Source: Squalus acanthias | Taxonomy: Eukaryota | NCBI GenBank assembly: GCA_030390025.1 | Contig: CM059431.1 | Span: forward strand, 148,430,001 to 148,494,000 | Reading direction: 5' to 3' | DNA length: 64,000 bases | Shown here: one piece after another, positions 1-9,744 of the stretch | Layout: the number at the start of each line of letters is the position of its first letter | Numbering within the stretch: position 1 is the first letter of the stretch | The notes under the pieces: generated by a model | Seen by the model: only the letters and a program-made list of their open reading frames with translations | What the model was told of the DNA's origin: nothing | Database searches by the model: none | Translations under genes and position numbers: made by a program

Positions 1-383
1 TGTAACCTCCTCCAGCCCCTACAACTCACCCTATCTCTGTAACCTCCTCCAGCCCCTACAACCCCCCTATCTCTGTATCCTCCACCAGCCCCTACAACCC
101 TTCCTATCTATTTAACCTCCTGCAGTCCATAAAACCTTCCCTATCTCTGTAACCTCCTCCAGCCCTACAACCCTCACTATCTCTAAGCTCCTCCAACCCC
201 TACAGCCCTCCGTGATCTCTGCGCTCCTCCAATTTTGGCCTCTTGCGCCTCATCCCCCGATTTCCATCGCTCCACCATTGACGGCCGTGCCTTCAGCTGC
301 CAAGGCCCCTAAGCTCTGGCATACTCTCCCTAAACTCTCCGCCTCTCTCTCCTCCTTTGGGATGCTCCTTAAATCCAAACTGC
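1..383 (+). mobile_element. L2-type LINE 3' end with an internal ~37-bp unit tandemly amplified (1-~210)
   Basis: Repeats of TGTAACCTCCTCCAGCCCCTACAACCCTCCCTATCTC run directly into L2-like 3' sequence (GGCCGTGCCTTCAGCTGCCAAGGCCCTAAGCTCTGG...CTCCTTAAA). Confidence 0.7.
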
Positions 384-385
384 TT

Positions 386-1920
386 GAACATAGGAACATA
401 GGAACAGGGAGAGGCTATTCTGCCCCTTGTGCTTGTTACATCGGAGCAGGAGGAGGCCATTCAGCCTCTCGAGCCTTCCCACCATTCACTAAGATCATCG
501 CTGATCTGTATCCTACCTCCATCCTCCTGCCTTGGCTCCATATCCTTTTATACCCTTGTCCAGCGAAAATCTATCGCACTCTGATATAATCAGGGGGCAT
601 GATTTCAGAATAACGGGAAACCCTTTTAAATCAGAAATAAGGCGGAATTTCTTCTCTCAGAGGGTCGAGAATCTTTGGAATTCTCTTCCCCAGAGAGCTG
701 GGGAGGCTGGGTCATTGAATATATTTAAGGTGGAAATAGACAGAGTTTTGAAAGGTAAGGGAGTCAAGGGTTATGGGGAGCGGGCAGGGAAGTAGAGTTG
801 AGGCCAAGATCAGATCAGCCATGATCTTATTGAATGGCGGAGCAGGCTCGAGGGGTCAATTGACCTACTCCTGCTCCTATGTAAAATGATTAATTGAGCT
901 TCCATCGACTGTCTTTTGTGGGAGAGAGTTCCACACTTCTATCACCCTTTGCGTGAAGAAGTGTTTCCGAGCTTCTCTCCTGAATGGCCTGGCTCTGATT
1001 TTAAGGTTATGTCCCCTTGTCCTAAACTCCCCCCACCAGCAATAAATAGTTTCTCTCTATCGAACTCCATCAATTCCTTTCAAAATCCCTAAAAAATCTA
1101 AAGAATTGCTCATCCACTTTGGACCTACAAAGGACAGATCAAAGTATTTTCTAAATGGTGAAAAGCTACAAGCAGTGGAGGTCAAAAGAGACTTCGGGGT
1201 CCATGTACATAGATCATTAAAATGTCATGGACAGATACGGAAAATAATCAAAGGCTAATGGAATGCTGGCCTTTATATCTAGAGGACTAGATACCTGGAG
1301 ATAGAAGTTACAGAACAACTATACAGAACCTTGGTTAGACCACACCTGGAGTACTGTGAGCAGTTTTGGGGATCACACTTTAGGAAAGATGTGCAGCGTA
1401 GATTTACCAGAATGATACCTGGACTCCAAGGGTTCAATAATGAGGAGAGATTACACCAACTAGGGTTGTAGTCCCTGGAACTTCGAAGGTTAAGGCGTGA
1501 TTTGATCGAAGTGTTCAAGATCTTATGGGGAACTGATAGGGTAGGTAGAGAGAAACTATGTCTGCTGGTTGTGGGGAGTCTAGGACTAGGGGACATAGCC
1601 TAAAGTTTAGAGCCAGATCTTCAAGGAGTGAAGTTAGGAAACACTTCTACACACAAAGGGTGGTAGAAGTTTGGAACTCTCTTCCGCAAACAGCAGTTTA
1701 TGCTGGGTCAATGGTTAATTTTAAATCTGAGATTGGTAGATTTTTGTAAAGCAAAAGTATTAAAGGACATGGGGGCAAAGGCAGGTGGATGGAATTAGGT
1801 CACAGATCAGCCATGATCTCAATGAAATGTGGGAACAGACTCGATGGGCTGAATGGCCTCCTCCTGTTCCTATGTTCCTATATTGATCAAACCAACCTCT
1901 TAACCTTCGATATTCCAGGG
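386..1920. mobile_element. Nested CR1 LINE 3' fragments: a minus-strand copy interrupted by two plus-strand copies (~586-881 and ~1110-1880)
   Basis: CR1 ORF2 C-terminal motif RRNFFSQRVENLWNSLP / RKHFYTQRVVEVWNSLP; CR1 tails CCTACTCCTGCTCCTAT / GTTCCTATGTTCCTA in both orientations. Confidence 0.85.
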
Positions 1921-2017
1921 ACAACGTTCGATGTCAAGTAGAGAAGGTTGAAGGTACAACTCGATCTCGGGGCATCTAGTACAATCTCAGGGCTAGTTAG
2001 AACATTGAGATACTCAC

Positions 2018-2111
2018 AGATAAAGTCGGCAGGATTGTAGTGAGAGGCACAATGGAGGCCGATAGTAGCAAAGAATTCCAGGATTTTGGATGCGGCTCCG
2101 TAGTACGCGAT
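2018..2111 (-). CDS. Internal coding exon (94 bp, phase 0 to 1) of an ABCG-family (White-like) ABC half-transporter
   Basis: Reverse complement reads ctgattctctttattttgtag|ATC GCG TAC TAC GGA...GAC TTT ATC T|gtgagt = IAYYGAASKILEFFATIGLHCASHYNPADFI. It has a strong acceptor and donor, no stops, and the ABCG-typical NPADF motif preceded by Y-x-G...FF...G..C. Confidence 0.9.
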
Positions 2112-2184
2112 CTACAAAATAAAGAGAATCAGAAATTACTGGGAATTCCACTGGAACCCTCACTGTATCTCACCAGTGCCCGAG

Positions 2185-2429
2185 ACTGAGAGGATTGTCG
2201 TATGAGGAGAGATTGTTTAGAATTGGCGTATATTCTCTGGAGTTGAGAAAAATCTCATTGAAACGTGTACAATTCTGAGAGGGCTTGACAGGGTAGATGC
2301 TGAGAGGCTGATTCCCCCCTGGCTGGAGAGTTTAGAACTAGGGGTCACCGACCCAGGATAAGGGGTCGGCCATTTAGGACTGATAAGAGGAGGAATTTCT
2401 TCACTCAGAGGGTTGTAAACCTTTGGAAT
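2185..2429 (+). mobile_element. CR1 LINE 3' fragment
   Basis: YEERL...RRNFFTQRVVNLWN-like sequence that runs into the gap. Confidence 0.8.
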
Positions 2430-2929
2430 NNNNNNNNNNNNNNNNNNNNNNNNNNNNNNNNNNNNNNNNNNNNNNNNNNNNNNNNNNNNNNNNNNNNNNN
2501 NNNNNNNNNNNNNNNNNNNNNNNNNNNNNNNNNNNNNNNNNNNNNNNNNNNNNNNNNNNNNNNNNNNNNNNNNNNNNNNNNNNNNNNNNNNNNNNNNNNN
2601 NNNNNNNNNNNNNNNNNNNNNNNNNNNNNNNNNNNNNNNNNNNNNNNNNNNNNNNNNNNNNNNNNNNNNNNNNNNNNNNNNNNNNNNNNNNNNNNNNNNN
2701 NNNNNNNNNNNNNNNNNNNNNNNNNNNNNNNNNNNNNNNNNNNNNNNNNNNNNNNNNNNNNNNNNNNNNNNNNNNNNNNNNNNNNNNNNNNNNNNNNNNN
2801 NNNNNNNNNNNNNNNNNNNNNNNNNNNNNNNNNNNNNNNNNNNNNNNNNNNNNNNNNNNNNNNNNNNNNNNNNNNNNNNNNNNNNNNNNNNNNNNNNNNN
2901 NNNNNNNNNNNNNNNNNNNNNNNNNNNNN
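2430..2929. other. Assembly gap (500 N)
   Basis: Run of exactly 500 N, probably a fixed-size scaffolding gap. Confidence 0.99.
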
Positions 2930-3954
2930 ACATAAAAAACCTCAAGGGGACATAGACAGGCTAATTAAGTGGGCAGAGATTTGGCAGATGGATTACAACA
3001 CTGGAAGTGTAGGTGATGCACTTTGGGGCAGAAAAAGCCTAGAGGATATTTTATTATCTTAATGCAGGAAACTGGAGAGTACTGAAGTGCAAAGGGATCT
3101 GGGGGGTCCTGGTGCACGAATCTCAAAAGGTTAGTAGCAGGTGCAGCAAGTGATTAAGAAGGCAAATGGAATGTTGGCTTTCATTGCTAGGGGATAGAAT
3201 TAAAAAATAGGAGGTATTGCTTCAGTTGTACAAGGTATTGGTGAGACCGCACCTGGAATACTGCATACAGTTTTGGTGTCCTTACTTAAGGAAAGACATC
3301 CTTGCTCTCGAGGCAGTGCAAAAAAGGTTCACTTCGTAATCCCTGGATGAGGGGGTGGTCATATGAGAGAGGTTGGGTAGATTGGGGACTCTACTCATTG
3401 GAGTTCAGAAGAATGAAGGCGAATTTATTGAAACATATAAGATTGTGAAGGGGTTGATCGGTTGGATGCGGAGGATGTTCCCGATGACGGGTGAGACTAG
3501 AACTAGGGGACATAGTCTTAGAATAAGGGGCTGCTCTTTCAAAACTGAGATGAGGAGGAACTACTTCACTCAGAGGGTGGTAGGTCCATGGAATATGCTG
3601 CCACAAAAGCTGTAGAAGCTACATCATTAAATAAATTTAAAACAGAAATAAACAGTTTCCTAGAAGTAAAGGGCATTAAGGGTTACGGGGAGCGGGCAGG
3701 AATTTGGACATGAGTCTAGGTTCGGATCCGGTCATGGCCCTGTGGGTAGTGGAGCGGGCCCAGGGACCGTGTAGCCTGATTCTGCTCCTATTTCGTGTGT
3801 GCAATTCTGTTAGATGCAGGAGACGGTTCTGTGATAGATAGTAGATTGGCGGTTAGGATCAGTTCAGCCATGATCTTATTGAATGGCGGAGCAGGCTCGA
3901 GGGGCGATTGGCCTACTCCTGCTCCTATTTCTTATGTTCTTATGTTCTTATGTA
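2930..3954 (+). mobile_element. CR1 LINE 3' region (RT C-terminus and 3' UTR) with (TTCTTATG)n tail
   Basis: [13 protein letters not shown] and RRNYFTQRVV motifs; tail CCTATTTCTTATGTTCTTATGTTCTTATG. Confidence 0.88.
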
Positions 3955-4115
3955 GATGAACTGGTCGTTTATTTCAACACTGTTTGTGGGAACTTGCTGT
4001 GCACAAACTGGCTGCCGTGTTTACTACAGTACAACAACTGACTTCAATTCAACAGTACTTATTTGGCTGTGAAGTGCTTTCGGGACATCCCAAGTTCTGG
4101 AAAGGCGCTCTTTCT
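3955..4115 (+). mobile_element. SacSINE1/Deu-type SINE 3' fragment
   Basis: TGTTTGTGGGAACTTGCTGTGCACAAACTGGCTGCC...AAAGGCGCT matches the full-length SINE at 27066-27519. Confidence 0.75.
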
Positions 4116-4744
4116 TAGTAATACGTTTCAAAAGGTAATACGATATATACATGAAAAGGAGAAATTTTAAGGACTATGAGGAAAAGGTTTAATTTTTCAC
4201 TACCATTCACGAAATGATTAGACAGCTTTTAAATAATCATATCGTTTGCCTGAAGATGTGTTGATTCATCAGCTGAATGATGCGGTGGGTGGTAATCAGC
4301 AGGAAGAGCCCTTGCCCATGTCTGACTGCAAGCCATGAGACTTAATTATGTCCTTAGGCAAATTTGAGGCCTCGCAGGATCTCTCCCAGTCGACTGTATA
4401 CCCCTGTGCACCCAACTCTGGTGAGTCTGTACTACCTTTGGAACAGGATATATCCTGAGATGGTGATGGAGGAGTCGGGAATGTTGAATGATAGGTATGG
4501 TTCTGTGACTAGGATTGTGCGAGAATTCAATGTTTCCAGAGCGATTCATTGAGTATTGAGACAGTGACAGGGTATGTATGTAATTGGTAAATATTTTTAG
4601 CAGTTTCATTTGATTGCTTGGTGTAAAACCATTTATCGTTTTATTATTTTCACTCCCTCTGTAAAGCACCATTATAGGATTGGCTTTTTGAGGTCAATCA
4701 TTGGAAACACCTTGTTGTACTTGTTCTGGATTCAGGCAAATTGA

Positions 4745-5135
4745 ATGCCCGGGAATCAAATTGTTGGACAAAGACGGGAACATGAAACTTTTGCAGCCCA
4801 GGGAATTAAATTACTGGACTGTGGCAGGAACAGTGTTATCTCGGCAGCCCAGGAAATACATTCCTGTAATGAGGCGGGAACAGTGTAATCTTGGAGGCCG
4901 TGGGAATGAAATTCCTGGATTGGGGCGGGAGCTGTGTAATCTAGGCGGAAAAAGGAATTAAATTCCTGTTATGAGGTGGGAGCATTGTAATCTTGCTGGC
5001 CGTGGGAATGAAATTCCAGGATTTAGGTGGGGGCAGTCTAATATAGGCCTGTCTGGGAATTAAATTCCTGGACTGAGGCAGGAACAGTTTAATCTAGGCG
5101 TTGCTGGAAATTAAATTCCTGGACTGAGGAAGGTG
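4745..5135. repeat. ~54-bp minisatellite upstream of the GPCR promoter
   Basis: Unit approx. GGGAATGAAATTCCTGGACTGAGGCGGGAACAGTGTAATCTAGGCGGCC, about 7 diverged copies; orthologous array at 54605-55035. Confidence 0.85.
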
Positions 5136-5239
5136 AAATGTTGTGCATACGCTCACTTTTAATTTAAAGCTGTGTACAATAATGTGAGCTAGGTTGAGTT
5201 GCAGTGAAGTGTTGTGGTGACAATGGATAAATGAGACTG

Positions 5240-5398
5240 GGTGTTCAATGACTGTACATAATGCCAGTTGCAGTGAGGCCTAATGATGTCACTCGGGGAT
5301 TTCCCTCTGCTCTAAATAAGGATTTCCCTTCACTCTGTGACCTCACACAATCAGCGCGTTCCCTCCAGCACAAAGAGCACCCGCCTCTCAAAGAAGGG
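5240..5398 (+). promoter_or_regulatory. Putative promoter/5' UTR of GPR139-like gene copy 1 (kappaB-like and TATA-like motifs)
   Basis: GGGGATTTCC at 5295-5304 and TAAATAA at 5313-5319. The block is homologous to 25140-25311 (directly upstream of a recognisable exon 1) and to 55150-55308. Confidence 0.55.
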
Positions 5399-5467
5399 AT
5401 GTCGTGGGTTCGAGGATCTGGACGGGAAGTATTCTTGAACAGTGGCAGTTAACAAGAATACTTTGGA

Positions 5468-6144
5468 ATAACAACATAAAATGCATAAAAACACTCAGCA
5501 GTTCAGGCAGCATCCGTGGAGAGAGAACCATTGTTAAAATTTCTGGTCTGTGAACCTTCACCAGAACTGGAAACACTTAGAGATATATTAAATTTTAAGG
5601 CAGTGCAGGGTAGGTTGGAATAAACAAAATGAATCGTCTGTGATGGGGTGGAATGCAGGAGTGGTGAAATGGAGGGTCCTGAATCTGTATAAAGCTCTGC
5701 CCCAGAGAGCTGTGGAGGCTGGGTCATTGAATATATTTAAGGTGGAGACAGAAATATTTTTGAACAATAAGGTAGTGAAGGTTATGTGGAGCGGGCAGGG
5801 ATATGGAACTGAGCCCAAGATCAGATCAGCCATGATCTCATTAAATGGCGGAGCATGCTCGAGTGTTCAAATGGCCTACTCCTGCTCCTACTTCTTATGT
5901 TCTTATGTTCTTATACTAAATTGCAAGAATTACAAGTAAATCGTTGTTTCACCTCAAGGCCTGTTTGTGGCCGTGGACTGTGGGAAGGGAGGAGGTAAAC
6001 GGGCTGGTATTGCATCTCCTGCGCTTGCACGGGAAGGTGCTGTGGGGAGGGTAGGCTGAGGGGTTGCTGTTGGGGGTGATTGAGGAGTGGACCAGTCTGT
6101 TGTAGAGGGAGCGGTTCCTTCGGAATGCTGAAAGGGGAGGGGAT
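5468..6144 (-). mobile_element. Penelope-like element 3' part (GIY-YIG region and pseudo-LTR), partly replaced by a CR1 3' fragment (~5672-5913)
   Basis: The minus strand encodes ...VKQRFTCNSCNLV; the terminal CTCTCCACGGATGCTGCCTGAACTGCTGAGT motif is present; a fuller copy lies at 55378-56170. Confidence 0.75.
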
Positions 6145-6193
6145 GATATACAAAATATTTACTATCCCCTTCTCGCTCCTGTTAGTGTTCCTA
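6145..6193 (+). pseudogene. 3' half of GPR139-like exon 1 (copy 1); the 5' half (ATG 5399-~5467) is separated from it by the Penelope insertion
   Basis: GAT ATA CAA AAT ATT TAC TAT CCC CTT CTC GCT CCT GTT AGT GTT CCT A|gtaagt = DIQNIYYPLLAPVSVP. The phase-1 donor matches the exon-2 acceptor at 8085. Confidence 0.8.
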
Positions 6194-6639
6194 GTAAGTG
6201 TCTATGTTCAGTTATTAATTCTATAAGCCATGTTACACTGTAGTATTATTCTCGCTATTTACCGTCACATACTCAGTTATTAATGGTAATCTGTGTTTCA
6301 AGTTATTGCATCTTTATTAATGCAAGAGTTGTTGTTTAAAAAGACTGGCACATCCTCGCTGCTGTTGGTGTTCCCGATAAGTTTATATATCCAGCTATTA
6401 ATTATATAAATCATGTTTAAATGTATTACTGTTCTTGTCATACTACATCCCATCCCCACTGCTGTCGGCTGTTGATTCTGAAGGTGTTACCAAGATTCAA
6501 TTCTTCTGTAATTAACTCAGGAAACGATATTGGACGAGACTCTTTATTTAACGAATTTGCTACTGCTATCTACACTGAACATTTGTAACAGATCAGCAGA
6601 ATATTGTCTTGGTTGAGGAGAGTTGTCAGCTAATGGCGG

Positions 6640-6765
6640 AAGAACGTCGCCCTGTAACGTTAACTCTCTCTCTCTCTCCACAGATGCTGCCTTACCTGAT
6701 GAGTATTTAAAGCATTTTCAATTCTTATTTCAGACTTCCAGCATCCGCAGTAATTTGCTTTTCAC
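6640..6765 (+). mobile_element. Short Penelope pseudo-LTR-derived repeat (orthologue at 56525-56655)
   Basis: AACGTTAACTCTCTCTCTCCACAGATGCTGCC...TTCCAGCATCCGCAGTAATTTGC. Confidence 0.65.
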
Positions 6766-8085
6766 CAATGCTCGGTATGGTTACTCACACAGAAAATCCT
6801 GACAGATCACATCCACATTTTTAAATGTCTGAAATATCCGCTAATCATTCAGTTCCAGTCAGTGTCTCCTTTCCCACCATCTCCAGCTGTGCCTTAGTGG
6901 CACTGCTTCTGATGGTTGGAATAGGATTAGAAGGATCATTTACATCCTCAAAAGACGTTCAGTCCGCCGTATTTCGAGCGTTTATTTCCTATCTTTGAAT
7001 TGAATTTACAATTGGATCCCATGCTGGCCTGTCACAGTTCAGTGGATCTCTCAGTGACACCCAAAGTGGTTCTCTATTGCCACCTGCAGTACTGCAGAAT
7101 AAACAATCCCAACTGATTGTAACTGAATACTGAGGATAAGAAAATCCTTTCATATTTTCTCGACTAATATTCTCTGCACAAGTTGGAAACCAACAGGTAA
7201 AAAAGTGCAAGGATACATCTCTTCCATTTGAGTTCAGATACTTTACAAAAGCGTACCGCGGTTCGTTCCCTGTGTGATAAGTCGCGTGATTATGAAGCTA
7301 AAAAGTGTATTTCGTGGGTTATTACCTGTTCAAAGATAACTATTTATTTTAATTCAGAATCAATTCTTTGCAATGTTATTTGAAAAATATTCATTTCAAT
7401 GAGCTACAATTTGAGTATTTCAGCAAAACTGTAGAAAGTTCAAAGATCAAATCATTTCTTACAGCCCAGTTATCTTTATAACTCTAGTCACTTGTATTTA
7501 TTATCTCACATTTGCATTTACAGCCGTACATATTAAATACAATTGCCGGTAATTATTGCACGCAAGGTTGCAGTTTTTGTATTTTGTTGTTGCAATTATT
7601 TTCAGTTGTAACTATAGCCAGGAACATGAATCTAAGCGGGATTTCCCCCTCAGTAACACAGGGGCACAGAAGCGAATTGCACCGTTCCAAATGCGGACTG
7701 ATCCCGGGACACGAAGGCTTCCTGACAGGTTCTGGTCCTTTCTGTCCCTGGTACCTCGGGCGGAGCTTTTTGTCTGCTGCGCTAAAGTTATATCTACCAT
7801 TTAGTCTCTCATTGATCAAACATCTGTTAATTTCATGTTATATTTATCCCCGTTATATTTCTTAAGTCTGCATTGTATTCCCGATTATTCTTACAAAAAA
7901 CACTGTATTCAGCTCCACGGGTAATAGAATTAGATGATATAATAGAATGTCGGTATTGAGTTACAGATTTCTCCCCGAATTCCATCAAAATGCTATTCTT
8001 TCACCCAGCCTGATATATAATTTCCGTGTTATTTTCCGCTCCCAGCCTGATGTATAATTTCCGTGTTTTTTTCCCTTCCTCACAG

Positions 8086-8987
8086 TGAACTTAGTGACGA
8101 TTGTGATCCTGTCCCAGGGAAAGTGCGGTCTCTCCAAATGTGTCACTCGGTACCTGGTGGCCATGGCAGCGGCGGATCTACTGGTCGTTATCCTCGACCT
8201 GATACTGAGGCAGATTCCGATTGCTTATATGGAACAGTTTATTTTCTTGCAGTCATTCCCCGTGTGTAATATCCACGCCGTTCTGCTTTATGCAGCCACG
8301 GACTGCTCTGTCTGGTTCACCGTCTCTTTCACCTTTGATCGATTTGTGGCCATCTGTCGCCAGAAGCTGAAAACTAATTATTGCACCGAGAAATCGGCGG
8401 CTGTGGTTCTGGGAACAGTGACTGTGCTGAGCGGGTTAAAGAACATTTTCTGGTATTTTATGTTCAAAGATCGTTATATGCTTATGAACTTCCCCTGGTT
8501 TTGTGATGTAACAATACCTGTTCTGTTTTCACGGATCTGGGGAGCAATCGAGTTCCTTCATTATATTCTCAACCCGGGGGTCCCGTTTGTTGTGATTCTG
8601 CTCCTCAATGTTGTCACCGTCAGACACATTTTAGTGTCCAGCAGAGCCCGCAGGAGACTCCGGGGTCCCAGCAGTGGGGAGAGTCCCAGAGACCCAGAGA
8701 TGGAGAGCCGCAGGAAATCCATAATTTTACTGCTTGTTATCTCCGGCAATTTCATCCTGTTATGGGCAGCGTTTATGGTGTTTGCTCTTTGGAACCGCAT
8801 GCTTTTTGTGGGGTTTCGTAACATGGATCCACCTCTTTATTTACAGGAATTGGGATTGATGTTGCAGATGCTGAGTTGCTGCACAAATACTGGGATTTAT
8901 GCCTTGACCCAGACTAAGTTCAGAGAGCAGTTGAAGAACGTTGGGAAATATCTCTTCGCTCTGATTGTAAAATTCATTAAAGAATGA
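8086..8987 (+). CDS. Exon 2 (second half of TM1 to C-terminus) of a GPR139-like class A GPCR, intact
   Basis: Polypyrimidine tract then cacag|TG AAC TTA. The 300-codon ORF carries the TM segments and the motifs LVAMAAADL (TM2), TFDRFVAIC (DRY-like) and SCCTNTGIY (NPxxY-like); stop at 8985-8987. Confidence 0.92.
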
Positions 8988-9059
8988 TGAGAAGCGGAGA
9001 CTTTGTAGCCTGGAAGCTCCCAAGGCCACATATTGTGGCGACGCGCTCTCTCACGAACA

Positions 9060-9620
9060 AGCCAGCCCCCGGCGGGAAAATACATGTTACAAAGTTGACA
9101 CCACGGCGCTCCGCACAAATATTACGGCTCCGGCGCAACGCACAAATATAGCGGCTCCGGTACCACGCACAATGAAGGCGGCTCCGGGAGCGCCAAAAAA
9201 AATAGCGGCCCCGGCGCCAAGCACAAATTTGTCGTAACCAGCGCCCCGCAGAAAAATGGCGCCCCCCGGCGAAACGCACAAAGATGGCGGCTCCGTTGCT
9301 CCGCACAACGATAGCGGCCCTTGGCGCTCCGCGCAAAGATGGCGGCTCTGGCGCACCTGACAAAAAAGGCGGTGCTTGCGTACCGCAGAAAGATAGCGGC
9401 TCTGGGAAACTTGCGCAATAATGTCGACTGCGGCGCCCATAAAAAATATGGCGGCTCTGGCGTCCGGCACAAAGATGGTGGCTCTGGTGCTCCTAACAAA
9501 TATGCCGGCTCTGGAGCCCCTAACAAAGATGTCGGCCCCGGCGCCTCGCAGAAATAAATAGTGTCTCTGGTGCCCCGCAAAAAGATGGCGGCTCTGGCGG
9601 CACGCACAACAATCGCGGCT
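9060..9620. repeat. CpG-rich ~27-bp minisatellite containing YY1-type motifs
   Basis: Unit approx. CACAAAGATGGCGGCTCCGGCGCCCCG; perfect AAGATGGCGGC near 9281, 9337 and 9582. Confidence 0.85.
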
Positions 9621-9744
9621 AATTCTATGGTTTTATGATTGATACTACTCACACTTTTACAATTTCCCTATATTTTCAAGAGGTGCTTGATAAAGTTGCA
9701 AATATTACCAACACTGAAGCCCATGGAATTAAATTGGCAGTGGC

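Larger units (their letters stand above)
3955..9620 (+). repeat. Segmental duplication unit, copy 1 (paralogue at ~50117-59348)
   Basis: Colinear homology of SINE remnant, CR1 remnant, 54-bp array, promoter, Penelope insertion, exon 1 remnant, intron, GPCR exon 2 and YY1-motif array. Confidence 0.92.

Noticed and set aside
2217..2945. 242-aa and 170-aa ORFs
   Set aside because: They are artefacts of translating the N gap.
8086..8987. Assigning the symbol GPR139
   Set aside because: The similarity is family-level only; multi-copy divergent paralogues are unlikely to be the 1:1 orthologue.
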